This document shows positions 38,284 to 47,594 of a DNA stretch of 64,000 nt, piece after piece (the stretch's first letter is position 1; each line of letters starts with the position of its first letter). A model generated the notes under the pieces. That model was not told the origin of the DNA. It did no database searches and saw nothing but the letters and a program-made list of their open reading frames with translations. The translations under genes were made by a program, and so were the position numbers. This stretch comes from Candidatus Eiseniibacteriota bacterium (GTDB taxonomy: Bacteria > Eisenbacteria > RBG-16-71-46), in assembly GCA_963725865.1 (NCBI GenBank), contig CAVSAC010000014.1:960001-1024000 (forward strand), given 5' to 3'.

Positions 38284-39366
38284 ATGCGAAAGATCACCGC
38301 CATGTTGGCGGTCGCGCTGCTGGCGACCGCCGCGCCGATCGTGCGCGCCGCGCACGCCGACGACTCGAACGGCACGCCGTGGCTCGGGGTGTACACCCAG
38401 ACGGTCGACGATCCGCTGCGCGAGGCGCTCGACCTGGTCGGCGACGGTGCGCTCGTGAGCCGCGTCATCGCCGGCAGTCCGGCCGACCGTGCGGGCGTGA
38501 GGAAGGGCGACGTCATCACGCGCTTCGGATCCCGGCCGATCTCGTCGGCCGATCAGCTCATCGAGCAGGTGCGCGACGCGAAGATCGGCCAGACCGTGAC
38601 CATCGAGGTGCGGCGCGGCGCGGATTCGCGCACGTTCACCGCACGCCTCGAGGAGCGCCCCGCCGATGCGCGCGCATTCGTCGCCCCGCGTGAGGGCGAC
38701 GAGCCGGAGGCTCCGGGCACGCGGCGCATCGTGATCCGCGAGAAGGGCGAGGGCACGCCCGGGGAGCAGAAGCACGTGCGCATCCTGCGCCGCGGCGCGG
38801 GGGATCGCGATTTCGATATCGAGATCCCGGAAGGCGCGGAGCTCGAGCACCTGCGCGGCCTACCGCGCCTCCGCGGGCTGGCGCCGGAGGGACCCGGTCG
38901 CATGATGATGATGGGCGTTGGCCGCGGCAGGCTGGGCGTGCAGGTGCAGAACCTGAACGCGCAGCTCGGCGAGTACTTCGAGGTGCCCGACGGGCGCGGC
39001 GCGCTCGTCATGGAGGTGATGAAGGACACGCCCGCCGAGCGCGCTGGGCTCAAGGCGGGAGACGTCATCACGCGCGTCGGTGGAACGACGGTCGCGAATC
39101 CTTCGGACCTGATCGAGGCGCTGCAGGGTAAGGAGGGCAAGGTCGAGGTCACGGTCGTCCGCAAGGGTCGGCCGGTCACGCTCGAGCCGGAGCTCGAGGC
39201 GGCCGGACCGGGCCGAATGCGGATGGAGAGCGGCGACGACGATCGCCTTGCACCCGAACCGCCCGCGGCCCGGGAGGATCTCGGCAACATGCGCGATGAG
39301 CTGCGCGCGCTGCGCGAAGAGGTGCGGCGGCTGCGCAGTGAGTTGGAGTCCTCACGAGGGAAGTAA
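38284..39366 (+). CDS. Exported tandem-PDZ protein without a protease domain
   Basis: Signal peptide; PWLGV...GSPADRAGVRKGDVI and GRLGV...TPAERAGLKAGDVI; C-terminal coiled coil. Confidence 0.85.
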   Translation: MRKITAMLAVALLATAAPIVRAAHADDSNGTPWLGVYTQTVDDPLREALDLVGDGALVSRVIAGSPADRAGVRKGDVITRFGSRPISSADQLIEQVRDAKIGQTVTIEVRRGADSRTFTARLEERPADARAFVAPREGDEPEAPGTRRIVIREKGEGTPGEQKHVRILRRGAGDRDFDIEIPEGAELEHLRGLPRLRGLAPEGPGRMMMMGVGRGRLGVQVQNLNAQLGEYFEVPDGRGALVMEVMKDTPAERAGLKAGDVITRVGGTTVANPSDLIEALQGKEGKVEVTVVRKGRPVTLEPELEAAGPGRMRMESGDDDRLAPEPPAAREDLGNMRDELRALREEVRRLRSELESSRGK

Positions 39367-39566
39367 GCAGCGCGATGTGAACCGCCGCCGCACGGAGGAG
39401 CGCCGATCCGGCCGTTCCGCACCTCACGGTGCGCATGTCACAGGGGCGTAGTACGAACCGGCTGGTGCAGCGCGGCGCTCCTTCCGGCGGCGGCGACACA
39501 GGGCCCGGCGATGCCGGGCCCTTTCGCTTGCGGATCGCGCGCGGGGCCGCGTAACGTGCGCGCTCC

Positions 39567-40085
39567 ATGCCTGCGCTTCGACGATCCCGCTTCTGCCTGC
39601 GCTGTGGCACCGCGCTGATCGCCCGTGACGACAACGGGCACTCGCGTCCGACCTGCCCGGCGTGCGGATGGATCCACTACCGCAATCCCGCCCCCGCGGC
39701 CGGCGTGCTGCTCGAACGGGACGGCGAGGTGCTGCTGGTGAAGCGCCGCTTCGTGCCGCGGGTCGGCGCATGGTGCGTCCCGGCGGGGTTCATGGAGTAC
39801 GGCGAGACGCCCGAGCACTGCGCGGTGCGCGAGGCGCGCGAGGAGACCGGCCTGGCGGTGCGGCTCACCGGGCTGTTCGGCGTGTACGCCGGCTTCGACG
39901 ATCCGCGCGTGCGCGCGGTGCTCATCCTCTACACCGCCGAGCGCGCCGGCGGCCGGATCCGGCCCGGCGACGATGCAATCGAGGCGCGCTGGTTCCCGCT
40001 CACCCGACTGCCGCGCGCGATCGCGTTCCACGCGCACCGCCGCGCGCTCGAGGAGCTGCGGCTCCGCCTGCGTCGCGGGCGCTGA
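39567..40085 (+). CDS. Nudix hydrolase with N-terminal zinc ribbon
   Basis: FCLRCG...CPACG; Nudix box GFMEYGETPEHCAVREAREETG. Confidence 0.92.
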   Translation: MPALRRSRFCLRCGTALIARDDNGHSRPTCPACGWIHYRNPAPAAGVLLERDGEVLLVKRRFVPRVGAWCVPAGFMEYGETPEHCAVREAREETGLAVRLTGLFGVYAGFDDPRVRAVLILYTAERAGGRIRPGDDAIEARWFPLTRLPRAIAFHAHRRALEELRLRLRRGR

Positions 40086-40179
40086 GCGGCCCCGCCCGGC
40101 GCCGCTCCACCGCTCCCGCCCGTCTCCAGGTCGCGGCATTGCCACCGACGCCCGACCGCAGCGGGTTCTCCCCGGTCCG

Positions 40180-40194
40180 TGGCCCGGTCCGTGC
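40180..40194 (+). promoter_or_regulatory. Sigma54 -24/-12 promoter
   Basis: TGGCCCGGTCCGTGC (GG-N10-GC). Confidence 0.5.
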
Positions 40195-40265
40195 ACAGTC
40201 CGGTGCGGTTCGTCCTGCGCCGGCCCCCTCCCGGCTGGCCCTCACGCGCGCGGAGGCATTCCAAC

Positions 40266-41603
40266 ATGAAGTGGCGGATGACGTTCGCCTGGTCGCTCAT
40301 GGCGCTCGCCGTACTCTGGGTGCCGGCCGCGGCCCAGGTGTTCAGCGCAAGACGCATGGCCATGGGTGGCGTGATGTTGTCCGGTGGGGGCCCGGGCAGC
40401 GAAGGGCCGAACGTGGCGTATCGGGCGGTGCCCGCCGCGCCGCAGACCGCGTCGGGGTTCTCGCTCCCGATCGGGCTCATCTCGGTGCTCCAGGATCGGC
40501 CGGTGTTGGACAGTGGGGACCCGGCGTTCAACGCCTACGAGCTGGCGAACCTGATCTACAACGTGCCGTGGAACTACCCGCTGGTGAAGCCCCGGACGCC
40601 GGGCGACGACATCACGCTGGCGATCTCGCGCAACTCGCTCGCGGTCGACCTCGGTGACGTGAGGGACCTGTTCCCCGACGACCACTCGCGGGTCGGCGCG
40701 GTCACGAACATTCCGATCGTCACCTGGGGCGTTCGCGAGTTCTTCGCGTCGGTGAATCCGGTGGTCCACTACGAGAACGACCTCAGCCTGAACGACGCGC
40801 TCCACCAGGCGCTCACCCACGGCGAGGCGTTCGTCCCGAACACGCGCTACGAGGCGTTCGACCGCGGCAAGGGCCAGGCGGTGGTGGGCGTGGCGCTGGG
40901 CTGGGCCGCGCCGATCGCCGCCAGCGGGGACCCCCGCGGCGCGGGCTACGGCGTGTACGTGGGCGCGCGCGCGAAGCTGCTGCGCGGGATCGCGTACGGT
41001 GACGCGGACAACGTGGTGTCGTTCGCCACGCGCGACACGCTGTTCGGCACCGACCCGGTGGACGTCGGCTATCGCGCGACGCTGCGCGATGCCAGCCCCG
41101 GCGACGGCGGGATGGGCTACGGCTTCGACCTGGGCGCGGCCGCGGTGATCAGCGGCGTCGAGGTCGGCCTGGGCGTCAACGACATCGCCACCCGCATCGG
41201 CTGGCACGTGCGCGAGACCCTGGTCGTGAGCGACACCAGCGGCGACTACCAGCGCACCACCCTCGCCGAGGGCGTGCGGTTCACGAGCAAGGTGCCGGTG
41301 ACCGTCACCGCGAGCGCCGCCACCCGGCTGGGGCCGGTGCTGGTGGCCGCCGACGTGGTGAAGGGCGCCGTCGCGACCACCGCGCACGCGGGCGCCGAGA
41401 TGTGGTTCGGCCGGCTCGCGCTGCGCGGCGGTCTCGGCTACGACGCCAACCAGCTCGTGCAGGGATCGACCGGGGCCGGGATGCGCTGGGGCCGCTTCGG
41501 CGTCGACGTGGCCGTCGCCTCGCACAGCCGCGACATCACGCGGGAGCGCGGGGCCGAGCTCGGCCTCGGGCTCGCGTTCTACCCGAAGGAGGTGGCGCGA
41601 TGA
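40266..41603 (+). CDS. Outer-membrane beta-barrel (FadL/TraF/PorV-like superfamily)
   Basis: Signal peptide then SARRMAMGG (FadL/PorV-type N-terminal motif); GYGFDLG; LALRGG; C-terminal LGLAFY. Confidence 0.7.
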   Translation: MKWRMTFAWSLMALAVLWVPAAAQVFSARRMAMGGVMLSGGGPGSEGPNVAYRAVPAAPQTASGFSLPIGLISVLQDRPVLDSGDPAFNAYELANLIYNVPWNYPLVKPRTPGDDITLAISRNSLAVDLGDVRDLFPDDHSRVGAVTNIPIVTWGVREFFASVNPVVHYENDLSLNDALHQALTHGEAFVPNTRYEAFDRGKGQAVVGVALGWAAPIAASGDPRGAGYGVYVGARAKLLRGIAYGDADNVVSFATRDTLFGTDPVDVGYRATLRDASPGDGGMGYGFDLGAAAVISGVEVGLGVNDIATRIGWHVRETLVVSDTSGDYQRTTLAEGVRFTSKVPVTVTASAATRLGPVLVAADVVKGAVATTAHAGAEMWFGRLALRGGLGYDANQLVQGSTGAGMRWGRFGVDVAVASHSRDITRERGAELGLGLAFYPKEVAR

Positions 41604-42163
41604 GGACGCTCCGCGCATCGCTCGCCCTGGTCGCGCTCGCGGCCGTCGCCGGTTGCGGCGATCACGCGCTGGTGCTCGAGGTGAACCTGCTCTCGTACAT
41701 GGACGCCTCGATCACCCAGCAGCGCTTCGGCCCGATCCCGGCGGCCCCCGGCGGGCTCGCCAGCGGCGAGCAGTCGCTGGTGCCCGACCAGGAGGTCAAC
41801 CTGCTCGACGGCCTGTCCGACGTCGTGAACGTGCAGAGCGTGTCGGTCCGCGTGGCCATCATCACGCGCGACTCCACCGGCAGCGGCGTGGACACCATGC
41901 GCGTCTACATGAGCGACATCGCGGCCGCGCCGCGCACCACGTCGCCGGTGCTGACTCACGCGCTGGGCCTGACCCCGGGCTCGGTGGACACCGTGGTGAC
42001 CGACTTCGAGGGCGATTCTCGGGTTACCGCGCTGTTCGCCGAACGGCGGTTCCGGCTCGAGATCACGACGTCGGTACGGGGGCCGGCGAGTGGGGCGCCC
42101 CTCAACGGCAGCGTCCGCATCCAGCAGCTCGATGCGGTGGTGGTGGCGAAGCGCAAGCTCTGA
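41600..42163 (+). CDS. Lipoprotein of unknown function
   Basis: Lipobox VAG-C; ATGA overlap with the upstream barrel gene. Confidence 0.75.
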   Translation: MRTLRASLALVALAAVAGCGDHALVLEVNLLSYMDASITQQRFGPIPAAPGGLASGEQSLVPDQEVNLLDGLSDVVNVQSVSVRVAIITRDSTGSGVDTMRVYMSDIAAAPRTTSPVLTHALGLTPGSVDTVVTDFEGDSRVTALFAERRFRLEITTSVRGPASGAPLNGSVRIQQLDAVVVAKRKL

Positions 42164-42268
42164 GGGCGGGCATCCCGCCCGACAGGCCGAAGGCCCGGTG
42201 CGCGCGCACCGGGCCTTCGTGTCCTCGCGGAGGCTCGTGCCTCCGGCCCTCGCGCTGCCCCGCCCGTC

Positions 42269-43642
42269 CTACGTCCACGCCGCGCTGCGCCGGGCGTTCT
42301 CGTGGCGCGCCAGCACCATCGACAGCAGCGCGCTGGCGAGCAGTGCGCGGTCGAGGTCCATGTCGTCGAACGGCTCGCCATCGGTCTTGTTCGACAGGTT
42401 GAGCACCCCGCACAGCCGGTTGTTGTGCGTGAGCGGCACGCATACGAACGAGTCCGAGTTGTACGCGTCGCGCCGGCTCTCCTGTTCGTGCGGCACGCCG
42501 ACCTCGGCCTCCCGCACGCGGACGTGGAGCGGCTTGCGATTGCGCGCCACCCAGCCGGCGACGCCCTGGCCGACGCGCACCTTCACGCGGCCCGCGATGT
42601 CCGGGTCCATGCCGCGCTGGGCGGCGATGTGCAGCGTCTCGCGCGATCCGTCGAGCACCATCAGGCTGCAGCGCTCGACGCCGAAGCGTTCGGAGAACCA
42701 CGACACCATCGTGCGCGGGAACTCCTCCGGGTCGTGCTCCTGCGCGAGGACCTGGGAGGCCTCCTTGAGGAAGCCGATCGTGCGCTGGGTCTCGGCCAGC
42801 CGCCGTTGCGCGAGGGTCAGCTGCGAGTACGCCTCGGTCAGGTGCTGGGTCGCGGAGGCCGACTGCTCCTCGAGCGCGTTGAGCTGGCCCTTCACCGTCT
42901 CCAGCTCGGTGCGGTACTCGTTCGAGGACTTGTCGAGCGACGCGACCTGGCCCACCAGCGTCTCGAGTCGGTGCGCCTTGGCGCGATTCTCCTCCTCGAG
43001 CGACAGCGTGTGCTGGGTGAGGTGGCGGATGCGGTCCTGGAACTCCTCCGCGGCCGCGCGCGACTGGCGTTCGTCGCTGGCGCTCAGCGTCGAGCGTCCG
43101 TTGCGGTAGAGCTGCTGGGCGAGCGAGAGCGCGGCGAGGCTCTTGACGGGGATCAGCTCCGAGATGACCCGCCCGCCGAACGCGGTGCGCTTGTCGCTCA
43201 CCAGCACGAGCAGCGCGAGCATGTCCTCCTGGTCGGCGAGCGGCAGACAGACGCACGACTGCCACGTCGGCATCGCGGTCAGTGCCCGCAAACTCGGCGC
43301 CTCCATGGGGTCCGGCTCGTAGGAGGGGGAGGTGTGGAACATGTGACTGAGCAGAGTGCGACGGTCGGTCGCATTGAAGAATGCACTCGGGTGGAAGAAC
43401 TTTCGCACGAGTCGAGTCGGCAGCGTGTCCACGGGAATGGTCACGTCCCGGTGGTTCAGCCGCGAGCCGGCCCGCTGGTACACGTTCACCAGGGCGTCCC
43501 GGCTGACCTCGTAGAAGGCCAGGCTGGCGCGCCAATCCGGGCGCACCGATTGGAGATAGCCGAGGAACTCGAAGACCACGGCCTCGGTGTCCTTGCTGCG
43601 GGTCAGGCGTTCGCTGATGTCACGCAGATCGAAAGTGGACAC
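42269..43642 (-). CDS. GAF-coiled coil-GAF protein
   Basis: C-terminal GAF (CSLMVLD, GQGVAGWVA, SFVCVPL, GVLNLSNK, FDDMD); central heptads; N-terminal GAF-like region. Confidence 0.8.
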   Translation of the reverse strand: MSTFDLRDISERLTRSKDTEAVVFEFLGYLQSVRPDWRASLAFYEVSRDALVNVYQRAGSRLNHRDVTIPVDTLPTRLVRKFFHPSAFFNATDRRTLLSHMFHTSPSYEPDPMEAPSLRALTAMPTWQSCVCLPLADQEDMLALLVLVSDKRTAFGGRVISELIPVKSLAALSLAQQLYRNGRSTLSASDERQSRAAAEEFQDRIRHLTQHTLSLEEENRAKAHRLETLVGQVASLDKSSNEYRTELETVKGQLNALEEQSASATQHLTEAYSQLTLAQRRLAETQRTIGFLKEASQVLAQEHDPEEFPRTMVSWFSERFGVERCSLMVLDGSRETLHIAAQRGMDPDIAGRVKVRVGQGVAGWVARNRKPLHVRVREAEVGVPHEQESRRDAYNSDSFVCVPLTHNNRLCGVLNLSNKTDGEPFDDMDLDRALLASALLSMVLARHENARRSAAWT

Positions 43643-43694
43643 GATCGTCTCTCCCTGATGTCGTGGGTCGGTATCCGAGCGGGAGGCCCCAGTC

Positions 43695-43709
43695 GCAATC
43701 GATGTGCCG
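43695..43709 (-). promoter_or_regulatory. Sigma54 -24/-12 promoter
   Basis: CGGCACATCGATTGC on the minus strand. Confidence 0.6.
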
Positions 43710-43817
43710 CGGCGATCGTTGCGTTCCGCAATCGAGACGCATCCTGCGAAACCGGCGTGATACAGTCCCGCGGTCCCGACCTTCACCCCCCACGCCAGGC
43801 CACGAGGAGCCCGTAAC

Positions 43818-45050
43818 ATGCCCCGCCTGATCGCCGACCGAGCGGTCCTGCGCACCACGTCCGCGCTGACCGAGGTGATGGCCGCCGCCCGCGCCCGCGA
43901 ACAGCGCGGGGAGCGCGTCCTGCACCTGGAGCGCGGAGAACCCGACTTCGAGACCCCGCCGCACATCGTCGAGGCGCTCGCGGAGGCGGCGCGCGCGGGT
44001 GAGACCCACTATCCCGACCCGCGCGGCACGCCGCGACTGCGCGAGGCGCTGGTCGCGAAGCTGGCGCGCGAGAACGGCATCGTCTGCGATCCCGCCGACG
44101 TGGTGGTCACGCAGGGCGGGACCCACGGACTCTACCTGGCGTTCCAGGGCCTGCTCGGTCCCGGCGACGAACTTCTCGCCCTGGCTCCGCACTGGATGGC
44201 GATCCCGAAGCTGGTCGGGTTCGCGTACGGCGCGACGATGCGCGAGTTTCCCGCCTACCTCGAGCTGGCCGCCGGCACCGAGTCGCCGGCGCAGCTCGGC
44301 GCCCGGCTGCGCGCGGCCCTGCGGCCCGAGACCCGCGGGATCTACCTCAACTCGCCGAACAATCCGACCGGTGTGGTGCTGACGCGCGACCAGCTGCAGG
44401 CGATCGCCGAGGTGGCGATCGCGCGCGACCTGTGGGTGGTGAGCGATGAGGCCTACGAGCACCTGCTGTTCGACGACGCGCGGCACGTGAGCCTCGCGAC
44501 GCTGCCGGGGATGTTCGAGCGCACGATCAGCGTGTTCACGTTCTCGAAGTCCTACGCGATGACCGGCTGGCGCATCGGCTACGTGGTCGCGCCTCCGGCG
44601 ATGCGGCCGACGCTGGGGCCGTTGCTCACGTACTACACCACGCACGGCGTGTTCCCCGCGGCCCAGACGGCCGCGCGGGTGGCGATCGAGTCGTCCCAGG
44701 AATGCGTGGGCGTCATGACCCGCGCGTACCAGGAGCGCCGGGATCTGCTGCTGGAGGCGCTCGCCGCGCAGCCCGCGCTCCAGGTGCCGCGCCCGCGCGG
44801 GGCGTTCTACGTATTCGCCGACGTGGCGGGCGCGCTGCAGGGGGATGACGTGTGGGCACTGGTGCGCGAGTGGCTCGAGCTCGGCGTGGCGGTGCTTCCG
44901 GGCACCGCGTTCGGCGCCGAGTACGACCATCACGTGCGCCTGTCGCTCGCCACCCGCCGCGAGGATGTCCTCGACGCTGGCCAGCGCCTGGCGGCGCACG
45001 ACATGGCGCGCGGCCCGGCGTCCGCGCGCGCGGCACGGGGGAGCCGATGA
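43818..45050 (+). CDS. PLP-dependent aminotransferase class I/II
   Basis: GEPDF, NSPNNPTG, SDEAYE, FSKSYAMTGWRIG. Confidence 0.95.
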   Translation: MPRLIADRAVLRTTSALTEVMAAARAREQRGERVLHLERGEPDFETPPHIVEALAEAARAGETHYPDPRGTPRLREALVAKLARENGIVCDPADVVVTQGGTHGLYLAFQGLLGPGDELLALAPHWMAIPKLVGFAYGATMREFPAYLELAAGTESPAQLGARLRAALRPETRGIYLNSPNNPTGVVLTRDQLQAIAEVAIARDLWVVSDEAYEHLLFDDARHVSLATLPGMFERTISVFTFSKSYAMTGWRIGYVVAPPAMRPTLGPLLTYYTTHGVFPAAQTAARVAIESSQECVGVMTRAYQERRDLLLEALAAQPALQVPRPRGAFYVFADVAGALQGDDVWALVREWLELGVAVLPGTAFGAEYDHHVRLSLATRREDVLDAGQRLAAHDMARGPASARAARGSR

Positions 45051-45433
45051 GCCAGTGGTGCCCCGAGTGCGGCGCGGCCTACGGGCCGGAGACGGTGGCG
45101 TGCCCGCACTGCCGCGTGCTGCTCACCGAGACGCCGCCCGGACGCGAGGACGAGCCGGTGGTGATCCATCGCGTGCCCGATCCCGCATCCGGCGCGCTGC
45201 TGTGCGGCGTGCTGGAGCAGTCCGGGCTGCGCGCGCTGTTGCGCAGCGCCACGCTCGCCGGCTACGGCGGCGTGCGGCGCGACTGGACCACCGACGCATG
45301 GGGGGAGATCCTGGTGCGCCGCGAGGACGAACGGGAGGCGCGCTCGATCCTGGCGGACTACCTGCTGGCGCTGGAGCGCGGCGGGCTGGTCCGCGATGAG
45401 GACGTCGACGAGGACGCCTCGGGCTCGCGCTGA
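45047..45433 (+). CDS. Zinc-ribbon plus DUF2007-like small protein
   Basis: WCPECG...CPHC; EILVRREDEREARSIL. Confidence 0.7.
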   Translation: MSQWCPECGAAYGPETVACPHCRVLLTETPPGREDEPVVIHRVPDPASGALLCGVLEQSGLRALLRSATLAGYGGVRRDWTTDAWGEILVRREDEREARSILADYLLALERGGLVRDEDVDEDASGSR

Positions 45434-45442
45434 GCCGTCCGC

Positions 45443-47491
45443 TCAGCGCGCGGCGGCCGCCACCTCGAACCGGCCCACGGTCGTGAACATGCCCTCGCGC
45501 CCTGCGACGGGATCGTCGACCGCCAACAGCCGCATCGGCGGTCCGCGGTCCCACACCCGCACCGCGAGCGTGTAGGGACCGGGCGCCAGCTTGCGCGGCA
45601 CGGTGAGCCGATAGCGCTCGCGCATCCGCACGTCGTCCGGCCATTCGCCGACGGGCGCGCGCGTGTAGCCGATGAACCGCGTGCGCTGGAGCTGGACGCG
45701 GCCCTGCGCATCGACCAGCACCAGTTCCTCGAGCGCCAGCGGGGGCGCCGCACCGGTGCGGCCCCAGTCCAGGGCGAAGTCGAGCGGCTGGCCCGCGAGC
45801 ACGCGCCCCGGCAGCGCGTCCGCGCCCCAGAGCGTGAGCCCGGCTCCGTATCGCGAGCCGCGGCCGGCCGGGGCATGGCCCGCGAGCGGCGTGACCAGCT
45901 CCACCGTGTCGCGCGCGCCCGTGCGATCGAGCACCAGGTCGTCCACCGCTTCGACCGGGTGCAGGTCGTTGGCGGTGAGCAGCTCCCGCCAGCGCGCGGC
46001 GCTGCCGGTGTCGATCTCGCGCACGAGCGTGCGCAGCCGGGTGTCGGCGATCACGGCGACCACCCCGCGCGGGGTCGCGAATGGCCGCCGCGAGAAGGTG
46101 TAGTGCCCGCTCAGCACGTGGTGGAGCGAGTGCACGGCGCCCGGGCGACCTGCCAGGCGCGGCAGGAACTCGAAGCCGGCGACCACCGCGCCGTCACGAG
46201 GCACCTGGGCGAGCAGGCGCTCGCGCACCGGACGCAGGGCGCGCGCCTCGGCGTCCGGCACGATCGCCTCCGGGCGCGCCACTCCCTGCAGCACGCCGAT
46301 GCCGATCAGGGGACCGAACAGCGCCTGCGCGACGAGGGCGGTGCCGACCGCCACGAGCATCGCGGTGCGCGCCGCTGCGGGTCGCCCGCGCGCGAGCCGC
46401 GCCGCCCCCAGCACGGTGGCGGCGATCGCGAACGGGATCACCAGCGCCGTGTACTGGAACACGATCGTGTGCTGTGGGATCCGCGACGAGAGCAGGTGCT
46501 CCGTGACGATCGGCAGCGCGGGGAGCAGCAGCACCGGACGCAGCAGGGCGAGCCCCGCGAGCGGCAGCAGCATCTGCACCCAGTAGAGCCGCTTGTAACC
46601 CGCGTCGATCGCGTCGTGCGGGGTGTGCACCAGGGCCGCCAGCGCGCGGCCGGGATCCCGCAGCGCGCCCATCACGATCGCGCGCGGCGAGTCTCCCCAC
46701 GCAGCGTACATGCGGCCGTACTCGGCCTCGCCGCCGCCACCGAACCACGGCCGCAGCACGCCGAAGCTCACGACCAGCGAGAGCGCCGCCAACGCTGCGA
46801 GTCCGCCCGCCACCACGTGAGCGCGCGGGCGGCGGGCGATCAGCACCGCCAGCGCGAGCCCCGCCACCGCCAGCGCGACGTCCTCCCTTGCCGTGAGCGC
46901 CAGCCCGGCGGCCACCAGCGTGCGCCGGAGCGCCCCGGACCACGCGCCCTCGAGCGCCACGAGGAGCAGCGGGACCGCGAACACCTCGGGGTGGAACTCG
47001 AAAAGACCGAGGTAACCGAGCGCCGGGTAGAGCAGGTAGAGCGCGGCCGCCAGCACCGCGGGCGCGCCCGGCGCGAGTTCGCGCCGCGCGAGACGCCAGA
47101 CCGGGAATGCGCCCGCCGCCAGCGCGATGCTCTGCAGGACCAGCAGCGTGAGCGGCGAGCGCGCGAGGGCGTAGAGCGGGGCGATCAGGTACAGGATCAG
47201 GGAGGCGTGGTCGCCGAGCAGCGACATGCCGCGGATGCTCGAGACGGGTGCCCCCCGCAGGATGCCGCCGGTCCCCTGCGCGAAGATCGCGAGATCGAAG
47301 TCGGTGTACAGGAAGAAGTGGTACTTGATCGCGCACAGCGTCGCGAACAGCGCGGCGTGGGCGGCGGCCAGCCCACCCACCGCGAACCACTCGGCCCGCG
47401 TGGGGGGCGACAGGTCCGCACCCGCGGGGAGCGCCTGCGCATCTCCCGCCCGCGGCGAGGACGGACTCGGGGAGTGCGGGGCGAGTCTCAT
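45443..47491 (-). CDS. DUF2079 (GT-C-like) membrane protein
   Basis: DFDLAIFAQG, LGDHAS, FEFHPE, multiple TMs; C-terminal Ig-like domain. Confidence 0.8.
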   Translation of the reverse strand: MRLAPHSPSPSSPRAGDAQALPAGADLSPPTRAEWFAVGGLAAAHAALFATLCAIKYHFFLYTDFDLAIFAQGTGGILRGAPVSSIRGMSLLGDHASLILYLIAPLYALARSPLTLLVLQSIALAAGAFPVWRLARRELAPGAPAVLAAALYLLYPALGYLGLFEFHPEVFAVPLLLVALEGAWSGALRRTLVAAGLALTAREDVALAVAGLALAVLIARRPRAHVVAGGLAALAALSLVVSFGVLRPWFGGGGEAEYGRMYAAWGDSPRAIVMGALRDPGRALAALVHTPHDAIDAGYKRLYWVQMLLPLAGLALLRPVLLLPALPIVTEHLLSSRIPQHTIVFQYTALVIPFAIAATVLGAARLARGRPAAARTAMLVAVGTALVAQALFGPLIGIGVLQGVARPEAIVPDAEARALRPVRERLLAQVPRDGAVVAGFEFLPRLAGRPGAVHSLHHVLSGHYTFSRRPFATPRGVVAVIADTRLRTLVREIDTGSAARWRELLTANDLHPVEAVDDLVLDRTGARDTVELVTPLAGHAPAGRGSRYGAGLTLWGADALPGRVLAGQPLDFALDWGRTGAAPPLALEELVLVDAQGRVQLQRTRFIGYTRAPVGEWPDDVRMRERYRLTVPRKLAPGPYTLAVRVWDRGPPMRLLAVDDPVAGREGMFTTVGRFEVAAAAR

Positions 47492-47594
47492 CGGCCGAGT
47501 ATGCGCGATGCGCCGTGCGTGGAAAAGGGACGCGAGGTGCGGCGTGGCCGAGCGGGCGTCCGCACGCGGATGACCGCGCGCCCGACGCCGGGCG

